A stretch of 37,731 bases of DNA from Candidatus Methylomirabilota bacterium. Its GTDB lineage: Bacteria; Methylomirabilota; Methylomirabilia; Rokubacteriales; CSP1-6. Position 1 is the stretch's first letter. The number at the start of each line of letters is the position of its first letter. This document shows, one piece after another, positions 1 to 9,558 of this stretch. The notes beneath the pieces are model-generated. The model was given only the letters and a program-made list of their open reading frames with translations, was not told the DNA's origin and ran no database searches. The position numbers were made by a program, and so were the translations under genes. The stretch covers positions 1 through 37,731 of the forward strand of contig JBKPAK010000114.1 in the NCBI GenBank assembly GCA_046726415.1, in the 5' to 3' direction.

Positions 1-2655
1 GCCCAGGCCGTGCCACTGTACACCGACTGGCTCTGGTTCCAGGAGGTCGCCTACACCCAGGTCTTCACCACGATCCTGTCGGTGCGCGGCGCCCTCTTCA
101 CCGCGGTCGCCGTCGCCGTGCTCGTCTTCCTCTACGCCAACCTGACCTTTGCCGTGCGGACGGCGGCCCCGGACGTCCTGTGGGAGCTGGAGGACCAACT
201 CGGTCTGCCCGGTCGCGTGGTCATCGAGCCGCTCATCCGGCGCTTCTTGCCCCTCGTGGTCACCATTATTTCCCTCGGTTCCGGCTTGCGCGCCAGTGGT
301 CACTGGGAAACGGTGCTGGCATACCTGAACGCCGAGCAATTTGGGGTCACCGATCCGCTGTTCGGCCGTGACCTCGGCTTCTTCGTGTTCACGCTGCCAT
401 TCTGGCGGTTGCTCTATGGCTGGGGGGTAGCCCTGGTTACCGCGACCCTGCTCCTCACGTTCGTGCTGTACGTGCTCCAGCGGAGCCTGGTGCTGACCAC
501 CCGCGGACCCCGGCTGGCCGCGGGAGCCCGGGCGCATCTGCTGAGCCTCATCGCGCTCCTGCTCCTGCTGCGAGGGGCGGGATTCTGGCTCGACCGCTTC
601 GACCTGGTCTACTCGCCGCGCGGAATCGTCTTCGGCGCCACCTATACCGACATCCACGCGTCGCTGCCCGTCCTCGGAGTTCTGGCCGTGCTTTCCGTGC
701 TCTGTGCCGCCACCTGTCTGCTGCAAATCGGCCGACCCCGGCTCCGGCCCGTCATCGCCAGCCTCATTGTGCTCGGCGTGGTATGGGTGGGCGGGCTCGG
801 AATCTATCCTGCGCTGCTGCAGCGCTTCCGGGTCACCCCCAATGAACTGGAAGCGGAGCGCCCGTTCATCGCCCACAACATTCGGATGACGCGGCAGGCC
901 TACGGGCTGGACCGCATCCTGGAACAGGAGTTTCCTGCCCAGGAGGACCTCGACGCCCGCGCGGTGGAACGAAACGAGGCCACCGTCAAGAACATCCGGC
1001 TGTGGGATTACCGCCCCCTGCTCCGCACCTACGCGCAGCTCCAAGAGATCCGCACGTACTACAAGTTCGTCGACGTGGACAACGACCGCTACCGGGTGGG
1101 CGGCGAGTACCGTCAGCTCATGCTGTCGCCGCGGGAGCTGTCATACCAGCATCTGCAGTCGCGCATCTGGATCAACGAGCACCTCACCTTCACCCACGGC
1201 TACGGCACGGTCGTGGGGCCGGTCAACCGGGTGACCCCCGAGGGACTGCCGGAGTTCTTCGTCAAGGATATTCCTCCGGTATCGACGGGAGGCTTTCCGG
1301 CCATCGCCCGGCCCGCGATCTACTACGGCGAGGTCAGCAACGAGTACGCGCTGGTGCGCACGCGGTCCCAGGAGTTGGACTACCCGGCGGGGGACCAAAA
1401 TGTCTATGCCACCTACCGCGGCCGGGGGGGCATCCCTATCGGCTCCTGGCTCGGCAAGGTGGCCTTCGCCGCGCGCTTCGGCGAGATCAAAATCTTGTTG
1501 TCTAACGATCTCACCGCGGACAGCCGCATCATGATCTACCGGACGGTGGCGGAACGCGTTCGTCGCATCGCGCCGTTCTTCCGCTTCGACCGCGATCCAT
1601 ACATCGTGATCACCACCGACGGACGACTGGTGTGGCTCCTCGACGGCTACACCACGTCCGACCGCTATCCATATTCGGACCCTGTGCGAACCGCCGACTG
1701 GACCGGGAATTACATTCGCAACTCGGTGAAGGCCGTGGTGGACGCCTACGACGGCAGCGTGAGCTTTTACGTGGCCGACGCATCGGATCCCATCGTGCGA
1801 GTCTACGCGCGCTGCTTTCCCGGGCTTCTGCAGCCGCTCGACCGCATGCCGCCCGATCTCCGCGGGCACATCCGCTATCCGGAAGACTTCTTCACCATCC
1901 AGGCGCGGAAGTACGCCACCTATCACATGGAGGATCCTCAGGTTTTCTACAACAAGGAGGACCTGTGGGCGATCCCCCGGCGAAGCGTGGAGGGACGAGA
2001 GCGCGAGATGGAGCCCTACTACACCATCATGCGTGTCCCCGGCGAGCAGCGGGAGGAGTTCATCCTGCTCACCCTGTTCAACCCGGCCCGCCGCGACAAC
2101 ATGATCGCCTGGCTGGCCGCGCGCTCCGACCCCCCGCACTACGGTCGCCTCATCGCCTTCAACTTCCCGAAGCAAAAATTGGTGTTCGGCCCGCGCCAGA
2201 TCGACGCGCGGATCGATCAGGATCCCGTGATCTCCCAGCAGCTCTCGCTGTGGAACCAGCGGGGGTCGACGGTCATCCGTGGCTCGCTCCTGGCCATTCC
2301 CATCGACCAATCCCTGATCTACGTCCAGCCGTTGTACCTCGCGGCGGCGGAGCAGGGCGCGCTCCCGGAGCTGCGGCGCGTCATCGTGGCGTACGGCAAC
2401 CAGATCGCCATGGAACCGACGCTCGAGCAGTCGCTCGGCCGCATCTTCGGGGGGCGGGCCGCCCCCGCTGCGGCAGCCTCGGCGCCGTCGCCCACTGCCG
2501 GCCCGCCGGGCGGCACGCCGACCTTGGCCCAGCGGGCGTGGGAGATCTGGACCCGAGCGCAGGATGCGCTGCGGCGGGGGGACTGGGCGGCGTACGGGGC
2601 CGAGCAGAAGCGGCTGGAGGAAGCGCTGCGCGCCCTCATCGAACCCGCTCGCTGA
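1..2655 (+). CDS. UPF0182 family membrane protein (5' end probably outside the window)
   Basis: Frame is open from base 1. Family-like motifs YTDWLWF, DPLFGRDLGFFVFTLPF, GATYTDIHA, NIRLWD, HLTFTHGYG, GNYIRNSVKAVVDAYDG, YVQPLYL, PELRRVIV. N-terminal third is multi-TM. Confidence 0.93.
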   Translation, partial: AQAVPLYTDWLWFQEVAYTQVFTTILSVRGALFTAVAVAVLVFLYANLTFAVRTAAPDVLWELEDQLGLPGRVVIEPLIRRFLPLVVTIISLGSGLRASGHWETVLAYLNAEQFGVTDPLFGRDLGFFVFTLPFWRLLYGWGVALVTATLLLTFVLYVLQRSLVLTTRGPRLAAGARAHLLSLIALLLLLRGAGFWLDRFDLVYSPRGIVFGATYTDIHASLPVLGVLAVLSVLCAATCLLQIGRPRLRPVIASLIVLGVVWVGGLGIYPALLQRFRVTPNELEAERPFIAHNIRMTRQAYGLDRILEQEFPAQEDLDARAVERNEATVKNIRLWDYRPLLRTYAQLQEIRTYYKFVDVDNDRYRVGGEYRQLMLSPRELSYQHLQSRIWINEHLTFTHGYGTVVGPVNRVTPEGLPEFFVKDIPPVSTGGFPAIARPAIYYGEVSNEYALVRTRSQELDYPAGDQNVYATYRGRGGIPIGSWLGKVAFAARFGEIKILLSNDLTADSRIMIYRTVAERVRRIAPFFRFDRDPYIVITTDGRLVWLLDGYTTSDRYPYSDPVRTADWTGNYIRNSVKAVVDAYDGSVSFYVADASDPIVRVYARCFPGLLQPLDRMPPDLRGHIRYPEDFFTIQARKYATYHMEDPQVFYNKEDLWAIPRRSVEGREREMEPYYTIMRVPGEQREEFILLTLFNPARRDNMIAWLAARSDPPHYGRLIAFNFPKQKLVFGPRQIDARIDQDPVISQQLSLWNQRGSTVIRGSLLAIPIDQSLIYVQPLYLAAAEQGALPELRRVIVAYGNQIAMEPTLEQSLGRIFGGRAAPAAAASAPSPTAGPPGGTPTLAQRAWEIWTRAQDALRRGDWAAYGAEQKRLEEALRALIEPAR

Positions 2656-2673
2656 GCGACCCGGCGCCGACGC

Positions 2674-5028
2674 TCAGGTGCGGGCCCGGACGAACAGGGC
2701 GGCACCGAGGCCGAGGAAAATGATGTTGGCCGTCCACGCGCCCAGGAGCGGCGGCAACAACTCGGCGCGCGAGAAGGCCAGGGCGACGCGGTCCAGCACC
2801 AGATAGCCACCCATGATGGCGATGGCCAATCCAATGCCGAACAAGCGACCGCCGCGCGGCGACTGCAGGGCGAAGGGAATGGCGATGAGGACCATGATGA
2901 GACCCTCGAGGGGCGACGACAGCTTGGCGTAGAGGTCGACGAGATCCTTTCTCACCGGGAAACCGGCGGCCTCGAGTCGGGTCACGTAGTCGCTCAGCTC
3001 CCGATAGCTCATGGCCGAGGTGGTTTTCTGGATTTCCGTAAACTCCTCAATGGTCTCGGGCAGCTCGATGGTGGTGGCCGCAAAGGGGACGGTTTCGATT
3101 TGTCCGGTCGGGGAGATCTCACGGTAGGCCCCCTCGCTCAGCTCCCAGCCTCGCCGGCTCCAGTGAGCGCGCCGCGCGTCGAGCCGCTGCTCCAGCCGAA
3201 AGTCGCGGTCCACTTCCAGCACGGTCATGCCGTAGAGATCGGCCGTGCCCGGCGCGACCAGCTCCACGCGATAGAAGCGGGAATCGGCGCTGCGCAGCCA
3301 GAGGCGCGTGCGCGTCTGCAGATGGCGCGGCTGCTGGCCCCGGATCTTGACCCGATCGACTTCGTTCCCCATCTCGTTGAGCTTGGGAAGGACCAGCTCC
3401 TGGAAGAGACCGCCAGCCACCACGACCAGGAAGCCGACGCCCAGGATAGGAGCAGTCACGCGGTACAGGCTGACGCCGGCCGCCATCAACGCGGTCAACT
3501 CATGGTATCGCGAGAGACCGAGGAAGAGGAAGATCGTGGCCACCAACATCACGATGGGGAGCGCCTTGTACACTTCGGCGGGCATGCGGTAGATGAAGTG
3601 CTCCAGGATGTACACGATCGACGGCTTGATCCGCAGATACTTGTCCAGATCCTGGATGAGATCGATGACCACGAAGAGCGCCGCCGCCACGGCCAGCCCG
3701 GTGCCGGTGTAACCGAGGAACTCGCGGACGAGATAACGGTCGATGATGTGAGTGGACTCCCGCGGCTCGAGCGGTCGCCTCCGCCAGCCCAAGATCGGCC
3801 GCGCGGGCACGCGCTGGCGGGCCGTCGCCAGGGCGCGCCACAGCGGCGCGAGACTGACCAATCGGCGACCGCGGGCAGTGGTCATCAGGACCGCGAGGCC
3901 GGCGGTGCCGAAGAGGATATTGGGGAGCCAGATGGCCAGCCAGACGGGAAGGCGGAGTCGGAGGGCGCTGCCCTCGAATGTCGTGAGGAGAAGATAGTAC
4001 ATGACGAGAATCACCAGGGTACTCACCAGGGCAATGCTGCGACCCCCGCGGAGCGACCGCACCGCGAGCGGGAAACCCAGGAGGGCGAACACCAGGGCGG
4101 CCACGGGCAGGGCCCGCCGCTTGTGCCACTCCACCAGAAAGGGCACGCGTGCCGCAGGATTGCTCCTCAGCTCGACGAGCTTCCGGTGCAAGGCGGTCTC
4201 GGTGAGATCCTTCTCGGGCTTCTCGCCCCGCATCGGCCCCAGCGACGAATCGAGGGGGAGAATCGTGTCGTAGACGGCGAAGCGCGCGTACCGGTAGCGC
4301 GCGGCGCTGGCCGCCCCGCTGGCTGGAAGATGGGGATCGACGGGGACATCGACGGGCATCACGTCCGCCTCGTTGACGGCGCCGCTGATCAAGCGCAAGG
4401 TGATCCGGCGGTTCTCTTCGTCGGTCAGGAGCCGTCCTTCGCGGGCCGTGATGATCCGCGAGAGCTTCGGGTTGCGCTCGTCGGAGAGGACGACGCCCCG
4501 CAGAGCCATCTGCGATGGGCTCACGTCCTCGACATAGATCGTGACGCCCGGGAACGTGCTGTTGAAGACCCGCTCCTTCAGGCCGCTCACCGCACGCGTC
4601 CGGAGGATCTTGAACACTTGACGCTGGAACTCGCGGCTGGCGAGCGGCGCCAGCACCACGGTGAACAGAGCCCCGGCGAGCGCGACGGCCAGCGCCGCCA
4701 CCAGCACCGGGCGAAAGAGACGAATCACGCCGAGGCCCGCCGCTTGGCAGGCGACGATCTCGAGATCCCCGGCCAAGCGCCCGCCGGCCAGCAGCACGGC
4801 CACGAGCAACGCCATCGGCAGGGTCAGGGCGAGGAAGGAGGGGAGGATGAAGACGAGCAGCTGCAGGACGAGATGGAAGGGTACGCCCTTGGCGATGACG
4901 AGGTCGGTGAGGTGGTAGAGCCGATCGATGAGCAGAAAGAAGGTGAACAGCACCAGCGCCACCAGAAAGGGCCCGACCAACTCACGGAAGAAATAGCGGT
5001 CGAGAACGGGCAACCGTGGCAATCTCAT
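2674..5028 (-). CDS. Fused LPS export ABC transporter permease LptF-LptG (two YjgP/YjgQ domains)
   Basis: 784 aa with two homologous halves, starting LDRYFFRELV and IIDRYLVREFL. Each half has an EAA-like segment (EIVACQAAGLG; ELTALMAAGVS) and a C-terminal WLPNI/WTANI helix. Confidence 0.9.
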   Translation of the reverse strand: MRLPRLPVLDRYFFRELVGPFLVALVLFTFFLLIDRLYHLTDLVIAKGVPFHLVLQLLVFILPSFLALTLPMALLVAVLLAGGRLAGDLEIVACQAAGLGVIRLFRPVLVAALAVALAGALFTVVLAPLASREFQRQVFKILRTRAVSGLKERVFNSTFPGVTIYVEDVSPSQMALRGVVLSDERNPKLSRIITAREGRLLTDEENRRITLRLISGAVNEADVMPVDVPVDPHLPASGAASAARYRYARFAVYDTILPLDSSLGPMRGEKPEKDLTETALHRKLVELRSNPAARVPFLVEWHKRRALPVAALVFALLGFPLAVRSLRGGRSIALVSTLVILVMYYLLLTTFEGSALRLRLPVWLAIWLPNILFGTAGLAVLMTTARGRRLVSLAPLWRALATARQRVPARPILGWRRRPLEPRESTHIIDRYLVREFLGYTGTGLAVAAALFVVIDLIQDLDKYLRIKPSIVYILEHFIYRMPAEVYKALPIVMLVATIFLFLGLSRYHELTALMAAGVSLYRVTAPILGVGFLVVVAGGLFQELVLPKLNEMGNEVDRVKIRGQQPRHLQTRTRLWLRSADSRFYRVELVAPGTADLYGMTVLEVDRDFRLEQRLDARRAHWSRRGWELSEGAYREISPTGQIETVPFAATTIELPETIEEFTEIQKTTSAMSYRELSDYVTRLEAAGFPVRKDLVDLYAKLSSPLEGLIMVLIAIPFALQSPRGGRLFGIGLAIAIMGGYLVLDRVALAFSRAELLPPLLGAWTANIIFLGLGAALFVRART

Positions 5029-5060
5029 CGGTCGAGAACGGGCAGCCGTGGCACTCTCAT
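5025..5060 (-). other. Putative 11-aa upstream mini-ORF MRVPRLPVLDR, coupled to lptF/G by an ATGA overlap
   Basis: ATG at 5060. Its TGA (5027-5025) overlaps the lptF/G ATG (5028-5026). Confidence 0.5.
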
Positions 5061-5092
5061 CGATCGAGAATGGGCCGCCCCGGCGTTTTCAT
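5057..5092 (-). other. Putative 11-aa upstream mini-ORF MKTPGRPILDR, coupled to the next mini-ORF by an ATGA overlap
   Basis: ATG at 5092. Its TGA (5059-5057) overlaps the ATG at 5060. Confidence 0.45.
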
Positions 5093-5114
5093 CGGTCTGT
5101 TGTACCATAGGCCC

Positions 5115-6164
5115 GTGAGGGGCGCGGTGGGTCGCATCGTCGCACGATCGATGCTGGTGAGCGCGCTCCTCGTCGCTGTTCTTCCGTCGCGCCCTGTCGG
5201 CGCCGTCGGCGCGCTCGACCGCCTCGATCGCTTCCGCGAGCTGGCCTCCACACTCGATCCGGACGCGGAGAACACCCTCAGCGAGGTGTACAGCTTGCTG
5301 GACAGCGAGGTGATCGAGAGCCTCGGTACGGGCGGCGTGTTTGCGTCACCGGAATTTCTCCGAGACCGGCTGGAGGCGTTCACGGAAACCTGGGGGGGCC
5401 TCGCCGTGCGCGTGCTGCCGCTGAAGCGTGTGGTAGTCGCCGCGTTCCGCTTCACCGAGTTGCCCACCGGGAGCTCGGTGCGCGTCTACGGACGCCTCCG
5501 GGGCGAACCGGCGCTCTTGGCGGCCATGGAGGGACCCGGGTGGCCGGTCGTGCGTCCCCTCGCAGCCCGGGACGGGGTCAGCCAGTTCCTGGTCGTGTGG
5601 GAGGGGCCGCCGGCGGCAAACGGGACGAGACCGCTCCGCTTCGACGTGGTACAGGGAATGGGCGAGACCATACGGGTCTCGTGGAGCTCCTCCGCCCCAT
5701 TTCCCGAGGAATTGTCGGCGCGTTGGTATGCCGTGCGAGGCAGCGAGATCACCGTGCGCTATGAGACCAGCTATCCAGGGTGGACGCGGGGCTGTGAAGG
5801 GCAGACAGAGGCCGAGGATGTCTATCGGCTCAACCCAGGGGGCGGGGTGTTCATTCGCGCGTCTCACCGCGACGTCAACGCCTGGCACCGGGACCTCCAC
5901 CGGACGGCGTCGCGCCTCTTCGAGGCTCTCGCCAAAGGTGACCGGGCGGCGCTCGGGACGCTAGTGCCCGACGCCGCCCTGCGGGCGCGGCTGCCCGCCA
6001 CCTTGCGCGGCGAGCCCGCCTGTGATGGGCCGCTCGGTCCGGACGGCATCGTCTCCATCGCCGCCGTCGCCGGCGCGCGCACGGGCGCCGAGCCCTGGTC
6101 ACTCACCTTCCGCCGGTCGGGCGGCCGCTGGCGTCTGGTCACGGCGGCCCCGATGCGCCCGTGA
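5115..6164 (+). CDS. Hypothetical exported protein
   Basis: Long ORF directly upstream of valS with a signal-peptide-like N-terminus (..RIVARSMLVSALLVAVLP..GAVGA). Start placed at GTG 5115, 6 nt after a TACCAT -10-like hexamer. ATG 5151 is an alternative start. Confidence 0.7.
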   Translation: MRGAVGRIVARSMLVSALLVAVLPSRPVGAVGALDRLDRFRELASTLDPDAENTLSEVYSLLDSEVIESLGTGGVFASPEFLRDRLEAFTETWGGLAVRVLPLKRVVVAAFRFTELPTGSSVRVYGRLRGEPALLAAMEGPGWPVVRPLAARDGVSQFLVVWEGPPAANGTRPLRFDVVQGMGETIRVSWSSSAPFPEELSARWYAVRGSEITVRYETSYPGWTRGCEGQTEAEDVYRLNPGGGVFIRASHRDVNAWHRDLHRTASRLFEALAKGDRAALGTLVPDAALRARLPATLRGEPACDGPLGPDGIVSIAAVAGARTGAEPWSLTFRRSGGRWRLVTAAPMRP

Positions 6165-6185
6165 TCCCGAGGACACGCGGCGTCC

Positions 6186-8816
6186 ATGGCTGAGCTCCCC
6201 AACCGCTACGACCCCCGCGCGGTCGAGCCGCGCTGGTACGCGTTCTGGGAGGAACGTGGCTTCTTTCGCCCGGAGGCTGGGCGAGGGGGTAAGCCTTACT
6301 GCATCGTCATGCCCCCACCCAACGTGACGGGCTCGCTCCACTGGGGCCACGCGCTCGACAACACGCTTCAGGACATCCTCGTGCGCATGAAGCGCATGGA
6401 TGGCTTTCGCGCGCTGTGGGTTCCCGGCATGGACCATGCGTCGATCGCCGTCCATGTCGTTCTCGATCGCCAGCTCGAAGCGGAGGGCACGACACGGCAG
6501 GAGATTGGCCGCGAGGCCTTTCTCGAGCGCGCCTGGACGTGGAAGGCGGAGTCGGGCGGCACCATCATCCGGCAGCTCAAGCGCCTAGGCAGCTCCTGCG
6601 ATTGGACGCGGGAACGCTTCACGATGGACGCGGGGCTCTCGCGCGCGGTGCGCGAAGCGTTCGTCCGACTCTACGAGGAAGGGCTGATCTACCGCGACGA
6701 CTACATCGTCAACTGGTGCCCGCGCTGCCAGACCGTCCTGTCCGACCTCGAGGTCGAGCGCGAGGATCGCGACGCCGAATTCGTCTACATCAAATATGGC
6801 CCGCTCACGCTGGGGACCGTGCGCCCCGAGACCAAGCTCGGCGACACGGGATTGGCGGTCCACCCGAAGGACGCCCGCTACGCCGCGTATGTGGGACAGA
6901 CGTTGGAGATCCCCTCGGTCGAGGGACCGATCCGGATCAAAGTGGTCGCCGACGAAGCGGTGGATCCCGACTTTGGCACCGGCGTGATCAAGGTCACGCC
7001 GGGCCATGACCCGACCGACTTCGAGATCGGCCGGCGCCACAACCTGCCCGTCCGCACGGTCATCGGTTTCGACGGGAAGATGACGGCGCTGGCCGGGACG
7101 TACGCCGGCCTCGACCGCTTCGAGTGCCGGCGGCGCATCGTGGAAGACATGAAGGCGCTCGGCCTCATCGAGCGCATCGAACCGTACCGTCACGCGGTCG
7201 GCCTCTGCTACCGCTGCAAGACCGTGGTGGAACCGCTCGTCTCCCGGCAGTGGTACGTCAACGTGAAGCCCTTGGCCGAGCGAGCGAGCAAGGCCGCCCG
7301 CGAAGGGCGGATCACGATCATCCCGCGTGGCTGGACCAAGACCTATGATCACTGGATGGACACCATCCGGCCCTGGTGCATTTCGCGCCAGCTCTGGTGG
7401 GGTCACCGGATTCCGGCCTGGTACTGCGAGCGCGATGGGAGCGTGCACGTCGCGCGCACCGACCTCACGGCGTGCCCGCAGTGCGGCGGGGCGGTGCGGC
7501 AGGATCCGGATGTCCTCGACACGTGGTTCTCCTCAGGCCTCTGGCCCTTCTCCACCCTCGGCTGGCCGGACGACACGCCCGAGCTGCGGACGTTCTATCC
7601 GACGGAGGTGCTCGTTACCGGCTACGACATCCTGTTCTTCTGGGTGGCGCGGATGGCCATGCTCGGCCTGCACTTGACGGGCGAGGTGCCCTTTCGGGAC
7701 GTCTACATCCACACCCTCGTCAGGGACGCCGAAGGACAGAAGATGTCCAAGTCGAAGGGCAATGTCATCGATCCACTGGAGGTGATGGACCGCTTCGGCA
7801 CCGACGCATTTCGGTTCACCCTGGCCAGCCTCGCCGTGGCCGGCGTACGAGATATCCGGATTGGCGATGACCGCATCGAAGGTTACCGCAACTTTGCCAA
7901 CAAGCTGTGGAACGCGGCGCGGTTCCTCCTGGCCAACCTGGACGGCTACCAGCCGTCAGCCGCACGCAAGACACCCTCCGCCCTCGCTGACCGCTGGATC
8001 GTGAGTCGACTCAACGGGACGACCAAGGCCGTACGGCGCGCCCTGCGTCGCTACCGCTTCAACGACGCGGCCTCCGCTCTGTACCAGTTCATCTGGCACG
8101 AGTTGTGTGACTGGTATCTGGAAATCGCCAAGCTCTCCCTGTATCGCGGGGAGGATCCCGCGGCCCGCCAGCGGACCCAACACACGCTGGTGACGGTGCT
8201 GGAGCAGACGCTGCGTCTGTTGCATCCGTTCATGCCGTTCATCACGGAGGAGATCTGGCAGCAGCTGCCCCACCGCGGCGAGTCCATCATGATTGCACCG
8301 TATCCGCGGCCCCGGGTGTCGCGCGCCGATGCCGCCGCCGAGCGGGACATGAGCCTCGTCATCGAGTTGGTCACCGCGCTCAGAAACATTCGCGGCGAGA
8401 TGCAGATCGCACCAGGGGTCGGCCTCAATGCCACCGCGCGTGTCGCCGGGGAGCACGCGGGGATCTTTCGCGACCAGGCGGCTCTGGTCGAGGCGCTGAC
8501 GCGGACCCGGCTCCGCCTCGATCCGGGCGCCGTCCGGCCACCCGCCACCGCCCTCGCGGTGGTAGGGGCCACTGAGGTTTATATCGATCTGGCCGGCGTG
8601 GTGGACCTCGTCGCCGAACGGCAGCGGCTGGCCAAGGAGACCGCCAGGGTCGAGGAGACGATCGCGTTCCTCACGCAGAAGCTGGACCGGTCGGAGTTCC
8701 TGGAGCGCGCCCCGGGGGAGATCGTGGAGCGTGAGCGGATGCGACTGGCCGAGCAGCGCGCGTTGCTGGACAAGCTCGAGGCGAGCCGGCGCTGGATCGA
8801 TGACGGCGGGCGCTGA
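6186..8816 (+). CDS. valS: Valine--tRNA ligase
   Basis: PPPNVTGSLHWGHAL (HIGH variant), RPET, GTGVIKVTPGHD, WCISRQLWWGHRIP, DVLDTWFSS, KMSKS, and a C-terminal coiled coil. Confidence 0.98.
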   Translation: MAELPNRYDPRAVEPRWYAFWEERGFFRPEAGRGGKPYCIVMPPPNVTGSLHWGHALDNTLQDILVRMKRMDGFRALWVPGMDHASIAVHVVLDRQLEAEGTTRQEIGREAFLERAWTWKAESGGTIIRQLKRLGSSCDWTRERFTMDAGLSRAVREAFVRLYEEGLIYRDDYIVNWCPRCQTVLSDLEVEREDRDAEFVYIKYGPLTLGTVRPETKLGDTGLAVHPKDARYAAYVGQTLEIPSVEGPIRIKVVADEAVDPDFGTGVIKVTPGHDPTDFEIGRRHNLPVRTVIGFDGKMTALAGTYAGLDRFECRRRIVEDMKALGLIERIEPYRHAVGLCYRCKTVVEPLVSRQWYVNVKPLAERASKAAREGRITIIPRGWTKTYDHWMDTIRPWCISRQLWWGHRIPAWYCERDGSVHVARTDLTACPQCGGAVRQDPDVLDTWFSSGLWPFSTLGWPDDTPELRTFYPTEVLVTGYDILFFWVARMAMLGLHLTGEVPFRDVYIHTLVRDAEGQKMSKSKGNVIDPLEVMDRFGTDAFRFTLASLAVAGVRDIRIGDDRIEGYRNFANKLWNAARFLLANLDGYQPSAARKTPSALADRWIVSRLNGTTKAVRRALRRYRFNDAASALYQFIWHELCDWYLEIAKLSLYRGEDPAARQRTQHTLVTVLEQTLRLLHPFMPFITEEIWQQLPHRGESIMIAPYPRPRVSRADAAAERDMSLVIELVTALRNIRGEMQIAPGVGLNATARVAGEHAGIFRDQAALVEALTRTRLRLDPGAVRPPATALAVVGATEVYIDLAGVVDLVAERQRLAKETARVEETIAFLTQKLDRSEFLERAPGEIVERERMRLAEQRALLDKLEASRRWIDDGGR

Positions 8817-9558
8817 CCCCGGCCTGCGGACGCCTCCTCACATCATCCGATGCGGCGTGGTGGACTCCACACAGGCGGTGGCCTTTGCGCTGGCCGAGCG
8901 CGGCGCGCCCGACCGGACCGTCGTGGTCGCCGATTCTCAACTCGCCGGGCGAGGACGGCAGGGACGCCCGTGGCGTGACGAGCCTGGAGCGAGTCTCCTC
9001 CTCTCCCTCCTCGCCCGCCCGCGCCTGGCCCCGGCGCAGTGGCCGCTCCTCTCCCTGGCGACGGGCGTGGCGGTCGCGCGGTCCCTTCATCGAGTTGCCG
9101 GAATCGCCCCGCGCCTCAAGTGGCCGAACGATGTCCTCGTCGACGGCCGCAAGGTGTGCGGCATCCTGCTCGAGTCTCGATCCGGGCCCCCGCCGACCGT
9201 GGTGATCGGAGTGGGCATCAACCTCTTGCAGAGACGCTTCCCGGCCGAGTTGGAGGGGCGGGCGACGTCCATCCTTCTCGCCAGCGGCCGCAGAGTCGAA
9301 CGGGAGTGTCTCCTGATGGTCTTCCTGGAAGAGTTCGACGACTGGCACACCAGGCTCGAGCGCGAAGGCTTTGCCCCGGTCCGGGAGGCCTGGAAGGGTC
9401 ACAGTGCCACGCTCGGACGTCGGGTGGTCGGGAAGGGGGTGAGCGGACAGGCGGTGGACCTGGACGAGCACGGGGCTCTCGTCATCGACGACGGCGCCCG
9501 ACGGTATCGCATGATCGCCGGGGAGCTCGAGGAGGCGATCGATGCTGCTCGTCGTTGA
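8800..9558 (+). CDS. birA: Biotin--[acetyl-CoA-carboxylase] ligase (no N-terminal HTH)
   Basis: VDST, QLAGRGRQGRPW, LKWPNDV, KVCGILLE, GVGINL. ATG 8800 overlaps the end of valS. Confidence 0.93.
   Translation: MTAGADPGLRTPPHIIRCGVVDSTQAVAFALAERGAPDRTVVVADSQLAGRGRQGRPWRDEPGASLLLSLLARPRLAPAQWPLLSLATGVAVARSLHRVAGIAPRLKWPNDVLVDGRKVCGILLESRSGPPPTVVIGVGINLLQRRFPAELEGRATSILLASGRRVERECLLMVFLEEFDDWHTRLEREGFAPVREAWKGHSATLGRRVVGKGVSGQAVDLDEHGALVIDDGARRYRMIAGELEEAIDAARR

Larger units (their letters stand above)
4997..5092. repeat. Three tandem 32-bp repeats covering the lptF/G start
   Basis: Copies at 4997-5028, 5029-5060 (30/32 identical to copy 1) and 5061-5092 (24/32 identical to copy 2). On the - strand each copy begins with ATG. 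Confidence 0.95.

Noticed and set aside
4997-5092. 32-bp repeats as a CRISPR array
   Set aside because: The copies are directly adjacent with no spacers, there are no cas genes, and the unit is the lptF/G start.
5016-5114. ORF-track start at 5016 for the hypothetical gene
   Set aside because: It overlaps the lptF/G start and the repeats. A better start with a signal peptide lies at 5115 or 5151.
3100-5118. 672-aa + strand ORF, and similar long overlapping ORFs (1141-2310, 13205-14536, 14281-15840, 20401-21693, 27722-29860, 30137-31429)
   Set aside because: These are antisense or off-frame shadows of well-supported genes, expected in high-GC DNA, with no family motifs. The exception is the pseudogene block inside 27722-29860.
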